Positions 14,470 to 29,244 of a stretch of DNA of 64,000 bases are shown one piece after another. The position numbers and the translations under genes were made by a program. The notes beneath the pieces were generated by a model, which worked only from the letters and a program-made list of their open reading frames with translations, made no database searches and had not been told where the DNA came from. This DNA is from Octopus vulgaris (lineage: Eukaryota), in the NCBI GenBank assembly GCA_951406725.2, contig OX597827.1:20460001-20524000 (forward strand), given 5' to 3'. How positions within the stretch are numbered: position 1 is the stretch's first letter; each line of letters begins with the position of its first letter.

Positions 14470-15202
14470 CGTAAGTATACACATATATACATACGATGTA
14501 CAGATATGTATATGTATGTGTACGTACGTATGTATGCATGTATGTATGTGTGTGTATGTATGTATGTATGCATGTATGTATGTGTGTGTACGTATGTATG
14601 TATGTATGTATGTATGTATGTATGTATGTATGTATGTATGTGTGTGTGTAAATGTATGTTATGTATCGACGTACAATTATTATTCCTAACGCAGTGTTGC
14701 GGTGTGAAATAAATCCAATGAAAATAATTGTTGCTAAGAAAACTATTAAACTCTAACATAAAAGACATGTAAAAGCATTTGTCAACATTTGTTACAGAAA
14801 AGTTTATGTAAAGCAACGACCGTGGGAATAATATTACAAGCAGAACATTTCACTTGACAAAAATGTTGAGATATCAACCGGTTCATTGCTTAATCCTCTT
14901 ATTATGAAAACAAACTTTTCTCTGGTTTATGACTTCGACAAATTGGCGCTTATGTTAGTAATCACGGTCGTCGTCATCATCGTCATCATCATCATTATCA
15001 TGATCATGTAGACTACAGAGTTTCTATGTAGTGACTCAACGTTCTAGAAATAATAGCCAAATATCTCCTAATTCACACTAAGCCTGATTTAATATATATA
15101 TTTATATATAATAAAATAGGGTAATAATAAATTATTATTACCAGTGGCCTAGCACAAAAAACGAATTAGTCATTAGACTATATATTATTCATATAGAAAT
15201 AC

Positions 15203-15379
15203 AATAAGAAGCTTCCAAATAGGAAAGCGTTGTGCTAGAAAGTGCAGTAGAAATCTCAAGACCACAGTTGAGATGGTAAACGTTTTTAATTTTCATTCCT
15301 TTCGTGAATTTATCCTTTTTGTGGTCTTGAGATTTCTACTGCTCTTTCTAGCACAACGCTTTCCTATCTGGAAGCCTCT

Positions 15380-15383
<4 letters not shown>
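15203..15383. repeat. 64-bp inverted repeat with 53-nt spacer
   Basis: 15203-15266 vs 15320-15383, about 3 mismatches. Confidence 0.9.
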
Positions 15384-15437
<54 letters not shown>

Positions 15438-15439
<2 letters not shown>

Positions 15440-16092
15440 TTTGGCCATAATGTTCAAATGGCGGATGAACGCACACCCAAACAGCTGTTCTATGGCGAGC
15501 TTGCAGAGGGGAAGCGCAATCGGTACAAACCTAAAAAGTGGTTTAAGGACAGCATAAGGTCTACTATGAAGTCACATGGAATGGATCCAGAGGCCATAGA
15601 AACCCTTGCTTCGGATCAAGCTGGATGGCAAACCAAAGTATGGAAAGCTTTTGAGGAGGCCAGGATGACACATGCAAGACTCGAGAGAGATTTAAAAAAG
15701 AATGTTGCGATCAAAGACCTTTTTGCGTGCACAAACCATGCCTTCTTTTGCTTGTGCACAAACCATGTCTTGTTTGGTGACAAACCATGCCTTTCTTTTG
15801 CTGAGCTCAAACGAGCCTCCACCTACTATTCTGCCTATGTATCTGTGCACACCTTTTAATGCCGTATATGCCATAAGGTCTGTAATTCTAACGGAGGCCT
15901 CAAAAGACATTTTAAGATCCACAAAGATCAGAACTTAACTGCAGCTCTTGGAGGTCCAAATTGGATGTGCAATCTATGTGAGTGTCTTTTCAAAACATTG
16001 TCTGGTGTAAAAAGCCACATCAGACGCTATGCTGGATCTAAGGTGTAGGTACAAGAGGTGGTCAAACTCTGCATAAGGAGTAGACAACCACC
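15438..16092 (+). mobile_element. RTE-clade LINE 3' end
   Basis: MADERTPKQLFYGELAEGKR...PKKWFKD followed by C2H2-like remnants; flanked by (TA)n. Confidence 0.8.
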
Positions 16093-16099
16093 ATATATA

Positions 16100-16173
<74 letters not shown>

Positions 16174-16480
16174 AATTGAGATAGGGGTTGTAAATGCAAC
16201 CCTCCATGGGATAACATATATCCAATATACTGCTAGTGAAGTACCCAACAAAGTTAATACAAAAATGTTAATGATTGCGATGCAATCAATTCATTTACTG
16301 TATTATATGGGCAAAGGTAAAATGATTTACCACAAATTACTAATACAAGATAAGAAAATGGAGAAATACATCTAAATCAAATATCAATTACCAGATAATA
16401 CTCAATCACATACTTTATTAAACCACCACATAAGAGACTGTAGGGTTAAATATAAAAAGCAGAACAAATCATATATATAT

Positions 16481-17041
<561 letters not shown>

Positions 17042-18089
17042 TGGTAGTTGTCTACCAATTTTTAGTCTTATTTAGTGTTTGGAACTTCCATCTAGCTATT
17101 CATCTGTTAACTTGCAAAGATTGAAGTGGTATGTCATGGAATAATTCATATAAAATGACAAAACAGCCAAGAATTAGTCTCAGAGAACGATGCCATTCTT
17201 AGCTACATCAAAAGATCTTGCTGGAGAGACAATATTTGCCATAATGTAGTAAATAAATATAGAATATTGATTAAGAAAGACAAATTTATATCTTGAGAAG
17301 ATACCACATATTTATTTCCTCCTTGCTGTTGATATTAACTAAAGGTCACACAGCAGAAGTATAATATCGAATGAGGACAACCTGGTAGCAAGAATCATGC
17401 TGCCGATGGTGAAATGGCTTCTCTTTGTACGTTAAGAAATGATACTTGAGGTTATGGAATGAGAAAAGAGGGTTTCGTATTCATGAAGTGATTGGTGGTA
17501 GATCGTTGAATAAAGTCGGTGGAGTTCGTTTGGAAAGAAATGATGCAAAGGTACGCTCAGCTGGAGCAAGGAAGTCTGTGTTTGTGCGTGCTCAAGCAAG
17601 TGAATCTGTACGATAATAGTGTGTGTATGTGTGGGGTGCTGTACATAAATGTAAGACGTAGTGATGCAGCCAGTTGTTATTTTCATTATGAAGGTGAGAC
17701 GGAGACTAGAGGCGGAGATCATTTTAATAAGTCAAGAATTTATGTTGTACGGTATTTCATATGCTGGTATATGACTATGTATTACGTAGATGCACGTGTG
17801 TGTGTGTGTATAAAAGTGGCACTCCGTCAATTGCGACGACGAGTGTTCTAGTTGATCCGATCAACGGAACAGCCTACTCGTGAGCACTCCACAGACACGC
17901 GTACCCTTAACGCAGTTTTCAAGGAGGTTCGGCGCGACACGCAACGTAACACGGCTGGCCCTTTGAATCACATGTAGAACTCAATTTTGCCACTTGGGTG
18001 GACTGGAGCAACGAGAAATAAAGTATCTGGCTCAAGGACACAACGCGCCGCTGCGAATCGAACTCACGACCTTACGATCTTGAGCCGAA

Positions 18090-18489
18090 GGATCTTTTCG
18101 GTTTGAACGGCAGTTTTTTCTAGCGGTGTCATATGAAATTGTCACCCATAATTATGAACCTAGTATCGATCTATTGCATTTCAATCTGTTTTAGGGTTAG
18201 GGTTAAAGGTGGGGAGAAGGGTATCTTTTTTTCTTCACAGATGTAAATAAACCCAATCTGTTTCTTAAACGAGGGACATATTCATACGGCACAGAATGTT
18301 TTCACCTCAATAGACGTTAGTGATTAGTTGAAATTGCAGAAATTGAAGAAAAGAAACAACAAATATCTTACAAACTATAGAATTTTCTCAATAAAGCCAA
18401 GAGAAAAAGATGTTTTATAAACACATTCTACCAGTATACGAAGTTAAAAATTTTTTAGTTAAAAACTGCCGTTCAAACCGAAAAGATCC
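18090..18489 (+). mobile_element. MITE family 1, copy 3, inserted into the tRNA head of a SINE
   Basis: TIRs; perfect 8-bp TSD gagccgaa; SINE sequence continues on both sides. Confidence 0.95.
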
Positions 18490-19164
18490 GAGCCGAATAC
18501 CCTAACCACTAAGCCACGTGACTTCACATGTATGTGTGTGTGTGTGTGTGTGCATTTAGGTGGGGAGGGAGGACAAAGGAGAGACTTGGATATCGTACTC
18601 AGAGCCTCAGTGCATGACTGGGTTTTGATGTGTAAACCAGCCCCTGTTCACCCCCTCCCCCACCAACACCATTACAACTCATTTATTATGCAATCTCGAG
18701 ACATATCTGGGGTTTTTTTTTCTTCTTCTTCTCGTGTCTGTTTTATTGTTTTGCTTTCGTGTTTGAAGAACTTCATTTTAGAGAATAACACAAAGAATTC
18801 GTTTATAAATTTTATAAAAGATGCTCATTCTAGAACAAAATAGAGATAAGTAATCTGTTGTTGTATGAATGCGTGTTTCTGTGTTTAAAACTGCGTGAAA
18901 TGAACTGACATGGAATGGAGTAAATAATATATTTTCCTGCACTGGCTTCGACTTTTGAGCTGTTTACTTCGAACTTCAGTTCTACAACTCGTCATCAGTT
19001 ACTGACCGACATGGTTCCTCTTAGTGAAAACAAAATAACAATGAATGCTTTCACAATTTCAGCCATAAAGCATTAGTCTTTCTCTTACTAACAATGCTGT
19101 TTATGTTTTCATCTTATACCTCTGTGTTTGCGTGCGCGTGCTCTTGTCCGAGGAGACTTCATAA

Positions 19165-19542
19165 TCTATATATATATAAACGGCAAAATGTCTGTCTGTC
19201 TGTGTGTTTGTGCGTGTCCTTTATACAAATCCACAATTTTTCAGTTAGAGGGCTCGCACTTTCTATGGTCATTCAAAACCGTCCAAAGGTGGTCGTACAC
19301 ATCTTTACATTTCCTCAGTCACCCCACAAAGCCATTAAAAAATCAATAGAAGTGACTTTTTTGTGAATTTTCTATCCAAAACCCAATCAAAATGCCCGAA
19401 ACTTGATACGCCAATTGAATGCCAGCTAGCTGTATGTGATTGGTCGGAGATTTGGACTGTACTCGCGTGTATGTGCGCACGCACGCAGCTGTATATGCAT
19501 GCACTAGCACTATGACCCGGCGTTGCTGGGTCATAGTGCTAG
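19165..19542 (+). mobile_element. Non-autonomous Helitron-like element
   Basis: A|TCTATATATATATAAA...(TCTG)n start; terminal hairpin and CTAG|T end. Confidence 0.8.
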
Positions 19543-20055
19543 TTTGATATAAAACCGTCCGGTAAGCTTATATATCAAGCTTAATTTATAATACTGTATT
19601 AATAATGATTTTTTTTCGTTTTCTCTCCATTTTCTCCAGTTCATCCTTTCTGTCGAAGAGCGTACGCCCCAAACGTCAAAGGCTTTTCCATTTTCCCGAG
19701 CGTTAAACCAATACACCTGCTTGTTGTTCCTTCGCCTGTCTTCGTCTTTTATTTTCTGTAAATTTGAACTATAGTATATTGAGAGAGAGAGAGGGAGAGA
19801 GAGAGAGAGGGAGAGAGAGAGAGAGAGAGAGAGAATAGGGCATGAGTGAGATATGTAATGCTTCACGTGTTGATCTGCAGTTGCGATAAAACCGATTTAA
19901 TTAAGTTGTGATGTAATTATAAAATTATGAAACAGATGGAATTAACAACATTAGTCTTAAATACACAATCTTACTCCCCATTCATTTAGTTGAAAAAACT
20001 GCAGGTGACATCGGATAAAAGAGGCCATATCTGCGGATGAGGTAGAGAGAGGGGG

Positions 20056-20101
<46 letters not shown>

Positions 20102-21209
20102 TCTATATCTGAGGTGGGTGGGTACAGATTTTAGTTCTTTCCGAAGAATGATTCTAATGGTGCCTGTGGTTCCTTGGTACCTTCACTCTGCAAGTAATTC
20201 CCATTAGCTGCTTTTTCCAGGACACATTTCATTGCTTTGCTCCCTCAACAAAGACATTCTCAGCAGTGAAGATCATTTTGAAACTGAGCCGTTCAGTAGT
20301 AAGGATTCTTTCTCACGTTGTTGGTCCTTCAAGTTTATTCTGGATGCTAACTTTTGTTGCCGCTCTTCGATATTTAAAAATCACGAGACTCCTGACCACA
20401 ACTTCTTCCCAAACTCGGACCATATTGTTCCCTGTTATTTTTGTGTGAGGCTGCTCTGATATCCAAAGCTTTCATGCCACAGTAATTCCTCTTAGACTGT
20501 TCCTCATGGTCATATTCAGCTAGTTTCTTTGAAAGTGGGATGAAAGTGCCAAGCCCCTAATCCGTATATCAGAAAAGCGAAAATTTGCTTGGTGATAAGC
20601 AAACTACTTGGACAAAAATATATGTCTAAACGCTGTGGATATTCTTAGAATGGCCTGCAGCATTATCAATGTCTTAGGTTCAATATGACACAAACAATTT
20701 CGTAGTCAACGGGGTTAGCACGAGGCAGAGTATCACCATGTATGCACTCACACACACACACACACACACAAACTGATATAAATGTTGGTCCGTTGGTTGA
20801 TTTCTTCCGTTACACTTAACATCGCATTAGGAGAGGGAGAGTAAGAGAGAGAGAACGAGAGAGAGAGAAGAGGTGTAGTATGAGTGATGAGTGTCTTACA
20901 ACTCTCTAAAAAATACTCATTATTTTATGAAATTTCGCCGAGATGGGTTTTCGATGGAGTAGATTACGGTTATGGCGATAAAATCTAGAAAAATAATAAA
21001 ATTGCAAAATATACAAATTAGAAACTTCGTTTATTTGATTTTACTTTTAGATAATAGATAATTTCTTTTCGAAAATTAATATTCATTTCTTCATTTTGTT
21101 TAAACACCAAGAAATTTGATAAAAGTGAATTTATAATTATTATATATGTGGTATATTTCCTGATATTACCCATGGTTAAAATATACTTCCGGAGTTACCC
21201 ATCAAGTGT

Positions 21210-21620
21210 ACGTATGTATGTATGCATGCATGTATGAATGTATGTAAGTATGTATGTATGTATGTATGTATGTATGTATGTATGTATGCATGCATGTATG
21301 TATGCATGCATGCATGTATGTTTGCATGCATGTATGTATGTATGCATGCATGCATGCATCTATGTATGTATGTTTGCATGCATGCATGCATGTATGTATT
21401 ATGTATGTATGTATGTATGCATGTATGTATTATGTATGTATGTATGTATGTATGTATGCATGCATGCATGTATGTATGCATGCATGTATGTATATATGTA
21501 TATATGTTTGCATGCATGTATGTATGTATGTATGTATGTATGCATGCATGTATGTATGTATGTATGTATGTATGTATGCATGCATGCATGCATGTATGTA
21601 TGTATGTATGTTTGTATGTA
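21210..21620. repeat. Compound (TATG)n/(TGCA)n microsatellite
   Basis: Direct reading; ~410 bp of purine-pyrimidine alternation. Confidence 0.95.
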
Positions 21621-21793
21621 ATCGGTCAGTTGTTCATAAGTCCGAAAAAAAGCTCAAGTTAGAAAATTTTTTGAGTGGTAATAGACGGTCAGAAAGTTAC
21701 CTTTGGTTCCATGCACGTCTGTTGTTACTCTTACCAATATAGGGCGTCTCCTCACTGACCATAACCAGCAACTACATTCTGTGTGTGTGTGAG

Positions 21794-21831
<38 letters not shown>

Positions 21832-22475
21832 GGCGTATGGCCTAGTGATTAGTGTTTTACACTCACGATCGCAAAATCGTGTTTTCGAATCCCAGATCGG
21901 TGTCGCGTTGTGTTCTTGAGCAAAACACTCCGTTTCACGTCGCCCCAGTCCACTCAGCTGTAAATGGGTCAGCCTGCGACGGACTGGCGTTCTGTTTCAG
22001 AGGGAATGTTATCCTATGCACACGGCCAACTGGCTGGCGCCAATCGAAAGCCTCAACAATGCGAAGAAGAGCACTGTGACCAGCGGTGTATTACATCATT
22101 CTGTAGTCTGGTCGATACAATAACACAATGATGTTTGTGTGTGTGCGTGTGCATGTGTATGTTGGAGATGTCTGGTGTTTATTCAAGGTCGAATCTTTGT
22201 AGGTCGCTGCTTTCATTAAAAAAATGAATTAAGATAAACTAATTTGCAATGTCTGTCCTCTCAAACCCCCGAAACAAAAAGCTTTTTACTTAATCATTTC
22301 TTCGTTGCCTTCCCCCACCCCTACCCCCACCGCTCCTCCTCCATCAATTTTTTTTTCATTCTGGCAAAACAAACGGAGCCCTTACTGTGTGCTATTATAA
22401 GTCCTCTTAATTTATCTGTCCGTCAGTCCATCTCTGTCTAGCTCTGTGTTTGTGTGTTTGTGTATGCATGAATAA

Positions 22476-22511
<36 letters not shown>

Positions 22512-23949
22512 TTTGTTGTTCCTTCATTCGCTGATAAAGTCGCCACGTTCACCGATGCCTCCACCTCAAATAGTTTTTTTTTTCTTTTTACTTTTTAAAT
22601 GGTCTCTGACATTTAAACAACGTTTATTGTTGTTTAGTCGTGCTGCCCAAGTGTCAAGTGGCATTCTCGAAGAACTGAAGAGATTCTTGTGGAGGCACGC
22701 TGCCATCAACTACTAGTACGATGTCATTTAGGGAAAAGACAAGCACAGCAGCATGTTGTTGTTGATGTTGTTATCTTGTTCTTATGGAATCGATCGAAGT
22801 TTGTGCGTGTGTGTACATCAGGTCGCGAGCAAGGGGTGAATGGTTTAAAAATTCACTTTTAATTGGCAAGATTTCGAGTTCGATCCCACTGGCCTTTTGG
22901 ACCACTTGGATTTCTCGATCGCCCCAGGAAGCTTGTCCGATGAATTTTCCCCTTTACTTTGTCATACAGTGTGTTGTGTCATGTTTCTCTGAAAAGTAAG
23001 AATAAACTTATCTCTGCAACGCTTTATCACTCATTCCATTCATCAGATCAGTTGTCGTCCGTTCAGTCTGTCGAACAACCTCGATGAAATCGAAGGAGCG
23101 ATTTTCCAGTCACTCCTGGAATTATTAGACACTTGAAGAACAAGGGCTAACTTTTCGGGGTCACATAACTGTTGAAAGTGGCAACGGAATATTCTTGCGA
23201 ACTTTAGAACGAAATGGTCGTTCTGATGACAAATGCTTATTTGAAGAAAACTTTCAAAATTAAAAAGGAACGCATACAAACTCCTTATTTATTACCTGAT
23301 ATTCAAGATGATTTCATTAATTGTATTGTGATCAAACTATAAAGATTATTTTAACGCAACATATGTATAGAATATTACAATATATTTGTAGATGTAACAC
23401 CTGGTTCGTCACTTATAATACAAACTGCATTAGTTTAGAGCGGGAATATTTAGCAATCAGATCTCTATACCCGATTTCACGATTCGCTAGAATTATCCAC
23501 GTGATAAAATACTCTAACCAATCACAGCTCCGCAGCAATTCTATCTTTTTGCGCTCTCTCCTCTGAGTCAATTCAGCATTATAAATTCAGCACACCTTAT
23601 CTGCTTGACATAGAACCTTGACCGACAGCATAGGAGACGGCTAACAGAGATGGCGGACAGCAGCTGGCCCGAGCTGGCAGCAAATGAACAATTGGAGGAC
23701 GAAAGACATTAGACATCAGTAGCACGACAAGCAGCTAACCATACTTTGCTGCTACAATTATACCAAGAACAATAACATTTAAACTATCTCGATGTTCCAT
23801 CGTTCTCAGTATCGTCATTTGTTTTTCATTTAGTGGAAAAATATAAATTTTGTTTATCAAAAGTCCAAATAGACTTCCATCTTCTTCGTACAGGCTTAAT
23901 GATAAGTTTATCTTCAAGCGAAGTTACAGTCAATATTAATTACAAAAAG

Positions 23950-24710
23950 AAAAAAAAAGATTTCTAGATTTTGTTGATTATAAGTTAAATGGTGATGCGA
24001 CTAAATTAATACTTAATAGTCCAAAACACGATATTCCATTCTCTACCAGTTATAGTTACAGGATATGGTAACAGAATTAACATGTTTGGTAGCAATAGCG
24101 GTTGTCTAGCAATTCTTGGTTCCAGCTGTTGGATCAGTTTTTGTCCTTGTGCTGGTCAAAGACTCGACGGAATTACTGCAGCTGAACTCTGCAATGACAT
24201 CACTGCATTCTTTGTACCTCGTCAGAAGGCATACAGTATATTTTAATTCTATATAGGTATTCCACTGCATCTTGCTTCTGTTACTCGATGGTCAGCAACA
24301 GTCCAAAGTGTTAAACCCTTCACAACTCTTATTTTTGGCCGACAAAACCCATTTAAGTCGTTTCTTATTCTGAATCTACAGATGGGAACAATTTCAGACA
24401 AAAAAAAAAACTGCCAAACTTATTTCAATCCTTTGAATGTGTTTTTATGGCATTTGGACCAACATTTCGAGGGTGATTCACTATTGTCATATTGTTCTTC
24501 AAGTTAGGAACATAACAAATGATATGGAGGTGAAGAACTTGGAATCTTTAGTTGGTGAGATAAGGTCTTTACGTTAAAACCGAGACACTTTTCTTAGAGG
24601 AGCTGAAGATACTGCTCAAAAGTTTGGAAACCCACACGAATTTTCCAACAAGAAATTAATGATACTTATTCTATCACTGAGGATAGGCTTAAGGTGAAAC
24701 TATTTGGTGC
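23950..24710 (+). pseudogene. Decayed hAT-superfamily (ZMYM1-like) transposase remnant
   Basis: Colinear fragments RFLDFVD, GYGNRINMFG (cf. GYDNGANMSG), FCPCAG, AAELCNDITAFF, SVTRWSATVQSVKP (TRWS at 24283-24294), broken by frameshifts. Confidence 0.65.
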
Positions 24711-24977
24711 CATATTTGTCTTGATCACTTGAAATATTTCAAGACAATTCAGTGCAAAGAAAATTAATGCTACTTTCATCAGAGCCATTTCGAAATGGTT
24801 TTGATGAAAGCAGCATCAATTTTCTTAGGTCGTTCAATTTTTCTCAATTGATCAATAGACCAATTGAGTAAACTTATCATTAATGTACCTATAACGACTA
24901 TTGGAAACAGGTGTAAGCCAAATTTGCTCCAATAAAGGAAAAATATTTAATGACCATTACTTTTAACTTGTTTCTTA

Positions 24978-25062
<85 letters not shown>

Positions 25063-25103
25063 GTCTGTCTGTCTATATATATATGTATGTATGTATTTAT
25101 GTA

Positions 25104-25483
25104 TCTTTTACTTGTTTCAGCCATTAGACTGCGGCCATGCTGGGGCACCACCTTGAAGAGCCCCAGTATTTAGTTGTTGTTTTTTTTACACCTGGTACTT
25201 ATTCTATCGGTCTGTTATGTAAAATCGCTAAGTTACAGGAACGTAAACATACCAGCACCGGTTGTCAAGCCGTTGTAGGGAACAAACGCAAACACACATA
25301 CACGCACGCACATACGGGCTTCTTTCAGTTTCCGTCTACCATATCCACTCACAAGGCTTTGGTCGGCCCGAGGCTATAGTAAATGGCACTAGCCCCAGAT
25401 GGCACTAGCCCCAGATGGCACGCAGTGGTACTGTACCCGGAACCATGTGGCTGGGAAGCAAGCTTCTTACCACACAACCACCT
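25104..25483 (-). mobile_element. SINE family A
   Basis: Reverse-complement match to 16501-16929; contains a 16-bp tandem duplication (atggcactagccccag). Confidence 0.85.
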
Positions 25484-26935
25484 CTCTCTCTTCTCTCTCT
25501 CTCTCTCACTTTCTCTCTCAATCACACACACATACAAGGAAGATGAAATATTCCATATTTAATATCTGTAAATGAATTAGGTATTTCTCCAGCCCTAATT
25601 CTACTACTCCCATTAATTAGTGGATTGACAGAGCTGTACTTTTGGCACCTCTCAGTCACCACTACAAAATTTGAAAGATCTTTCACTGTCTTAGTTGGCA
25701 TTTGAAGTTTCTTCAGGTTAACAAAGTTATTTAAAAGAGAGCGAATTGGGGTCCGAATTGTTGAATCTTGTAAATCAGCAATTTATTTTTGCTTGTCAAA
25801 TCGACATTATATATCGATCAGAAAAGCTCCCGCTAATCTATTACACCTGAAATGCATTTGGCCAATAAAATGAGATTTAACAATTCCAGCTGTAGTAAAC
25901 GTTTCTGTAGCAAATATTAGTGTGTGTTTAAGTGTGTGAGAGTGTGTGTGTGTGTGCCGCCCTCGGACCCCACAAAAAACACATATTGCCTGGACTTAAC
26001 TAGGCTAAACGAAGCAAATAAAGAAACCAGTGTTAGACGATGCAGCAACGCAGGTCATCAGATCTAGAGGTCTTGTCTATGAACACAATTACGACTCTGT
26101 AATTGATGTGTTCTGCAGAAAAGTTTCCTTGTAATTAGGATTAGCAGTGTTTTTCATTTGGTAAAATAAATTTATTGTTATGATACTGGATATAACTGAT
26201 AGTAACTGGATGATAATATAGTAAGGTTTATTACCAGGGTATATGTGTGTGTGTGTGTGTGTAGGGGGGAGAGTTGCGTATGACATCTACATGCACATAT
26301 CGTAACATATTTCAGAGCTCTTCTAAATACATCCATATTCTATATTAACAGATAAAACACACGCACATACTCATATTCATACAAACATACATACATACAT
26401 ACAAACACACACACATATACATACATACATACATACATACATACATACATACATACATACATACATACATACATACATACATACCCTTCATCGGTACGTA
26501 TATATTAACATGCATATTTACATATATACAATCATATCTACTTCCGCCTGTCCGTTCATCTTCTCATATTGACAGACTCTATGTAATCAATCATGACGGT
26601 TTTTAAAGAATATGACACATTTTATTACCATTTCGTTCTGTAAAACATTCCTGTAGACGAACCTGCCACCTTAACACCTCTAAGCACTCACTAAAGCCAT
26701 AAATCGTTTCTTATATTAAGTTTTTTGTTAGGAATAGCAAGAGAACAGGAGACATAAAAGCAGAAAACAGTGTTGAAAAACATCAGCGGCAGATTGATAG
26801 TGTGTTGGTGTGAGTGGTAGTGATGGTAGAATGGTTGTTGTTGGTGGTGGTGGTAGTGGTTTAAATTTTTCTTGGAGACAAGGAAACGGCTGTTTAATAT
26901 TTTTACATACCATACCACCAAACACACACACGTAC

Positions 26936-27192
26936 CTACAGACCCACCACTCTTCAGTGTTGTGATTGATGATGAATGAATCTTGTGTAATCCTGCATGG
27001 TTTAATCTGCGTCCTGTTGTGATTTATGTCAAGATATTTATCACGTGGCTTTCTCATAATAAGGCTGGTCAGTTCCAAGTCGTAGCCTCTAAATGCACAG
27101 TTAAATTTGTCGAATCCGGGTTTGATGCCCTCCTCAGCCTTAGGGTACTCACGGTCAAATGAATTAAAGGTGCTCCAGCTGTGCCGTTGCAT
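26936..27192 (-). CDS. Possible first coding exon of an unidentified minus-strand gene
   Basis: Non-repetitive 85-codon open frame from gaaATG (MQRHSWSTFNSFDREYPKAEEGIKPGFDKFNCAFRGYDLEL...), ending at donor-like TAG|GTACGT; internal C|GTGAGT after 27153. No homology recognised. Confidence 0.25.
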
Positions 27193-27436
27193 TTCTTTCT
27201 TCTTTCTTTTTTAATTCACATACACGACTTCTCTGATTGTGCTCGTCAATGTTGCTTTAAATAAAAATGTTTTGGGAGCCTATTGAACACTAGTAGACAA
27301 TAAGCTTTTGGAAGAACATTTTGGGAAAGCACAGGGTTCTAGATTGACCGGGTTGCCCGTTTTATCACACGTGACCTATCTTACCTGTCCTTTCTGACTA
27401 GCATTCTTTAAACACTTACCGCAGCTCTGATAATGT

Positions 27437-27822
27437 GGATGGAAGCACTCCGTCGGTTACGACGACGAGGGCTCCGGTTGATCCGATCAACAGAACAGCC
27501 TGCTCGTGAAATTAACGTGTAAGTGGCTGAGCACTCCACAGACACGTGTACCCTTAACGTAGTTCTCGGGGATATTCAGCGTGACACAGAGAGTGACAAG
27601 GCCGGCCCTTTGAAAATACAGGTACAACAGAAACAGGAAGAAAGAGTGAGAGAAAGTTGTGGTGAAAGAGTACAGCAGGGATCACCACCATCCTTGCCGG
27701 AGCCTCGTGGAGCTTTAGGTGTTTTCGCTCAATAAACACTCACAACGCCCGGTCTGGGAATCGAAACCGCGATCCTACGACCGCGAGTCCGCTGCCCTAA
27801 CCACTGGGCCATTGCGCCTCCT
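27437..27822 (-). mobile_element. tRNA-derived SINE family C, full length
   Basis: Minus head GGAGGCGCAATGGCCCAGTGG...GGTTTCGATTCC; 11-bp TSD tctgataatgt. Relatives at ~331-590(+), ~6325-6505(-), ~8925-9225(-), ~17815-18525(-), ~21829-22130(+), ~60250-60575(+). Confidence 0.9.
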
Positions 27823-28403
27823 TCTGATAATGTAACCTTCGTGTTTCACGTTGAGAAATGGTCAAAGGGCCATTCTCGCCGCTACCACGCCATTCCTTTC
27901 TTAATGGCTTCTAGTTTATTCACCAGCTCTCCGTTTCTTTGTCACTATTTCTTTGCTGAAATTAATCGATTTCATTCTAAACGCCCTCTTCAGAGTGAAC
28001 TACCTATCATTAACGATTACCTTGTCAACTGTCGTTTATCTAAAAGACTAATGTGTTCTCTGTTACCTTTGCACACCGAGAAAGACATTCAAATTCCTGT
28101 AAACAACGCCATCTCTACGAGTCGTCTCTAAGTTGATTGATCGCGCGTGCGCTTCGGAAATCATGGTCTCGCTGTTCGTTACCATATCTGTCTCTATTGA
28201 CCTGAGGTTGTTAAGCAAGCGATCTTTCTTCTAAGCCGACACCAGGCCACATATAATCAGATCATCCAATTCTGATTTTTAGAGTGTTAATTAGAAAAAG
28301 ACAGGTAAAATAGTTCACTTGTGGTAAAATGGTTAATCCTGTCAGCCCACCAGCCTAAAAAGATGCCATTCAGTGACTCAGGTCTGAGACGGTTTTAAGC
28401 TTC

Positions 28404-28854
28404 GGATCTTTTCGGTTTGAACGGCAGTTTTTTCTAGCGGTGTCATATGAAATTGCCACCCATAATTATGACCCTAGTATCGATCTATTGCATTTCTATC
28501 TATTCTAGGGTTAAGGTTAGAGTTAGGGTTAGTTATGGTTAGGGCTAGAGGTGGGGGAAGGGTATCTTTTTTTCTTCACAAATGTAAATAAACCCAATCT
28601 GTTTCTTAAACGAGGGACATATTCATACGGCACAGAATGTTTGTTTGTTTTTATCAATGGACGTCAGTGATTAGTTGAAATTGTAGAAATTGAAGAAAAA
28701 AAAAACAACAAATATTTTACAAACTATAGAATTTTCTCAATAAAGCCAAGAGAAAATGATGTTTTATAAACACATTCTACGAGTATACGAAGTTTAAATT
28801 TTTTTAGTTACCTAGAAATTATGTTAAAAACTGCCGTTCAAACCGAAAAGATCC
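28404..28854 (+). mobile_element. MITE family 1, copy 4
   Basis: TIRs; perfect 8-bp TSD taagcttc; degenerate TTAGGG tract. Confidence 0.95.
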
Positions 28855-29145
28855 TAAGCTTCTCCTGGTGTATTTGGATCAAGAGCTCCATACCTATCAC
28901 CGATCAATTCTCTTTGTGCATCTCTAATAACGTAGCCTAATCTTCAATGTCGCTCAAAACGGTTGGCACCAGTCGTACGATACGCATTTCTGACGGCATA
29001 TCCACAACCCCCCTCCCCTTCCTCACGCGTCGACTCAGATATAAAAGAATGACGATTAATTCCTCATTTTTGAGAGAGGCCGTAGAATGATTTTTCTCCT
29101 CGATCTCTGTGGAGAACCTGCCTACTACTACTGCTGCTGCTGTTG

Positions 29146-29242
<97 letters not shown>

Positions 29243-29244
29243 TA

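Noticed and set aside
20140-20700. Possible pogo/Tigger remnant (minus DNAAGH)
   Set aside because: Single short motif; other motifs absent or in the wrong order.
27745-27821. tRNA-like sequences with A/B boxes (also ~16501, ~49068, ~6430-6505)
   Set aside because: They are SINE heads continuing into repeat bodies with TSDs; no complete cloverleaf.
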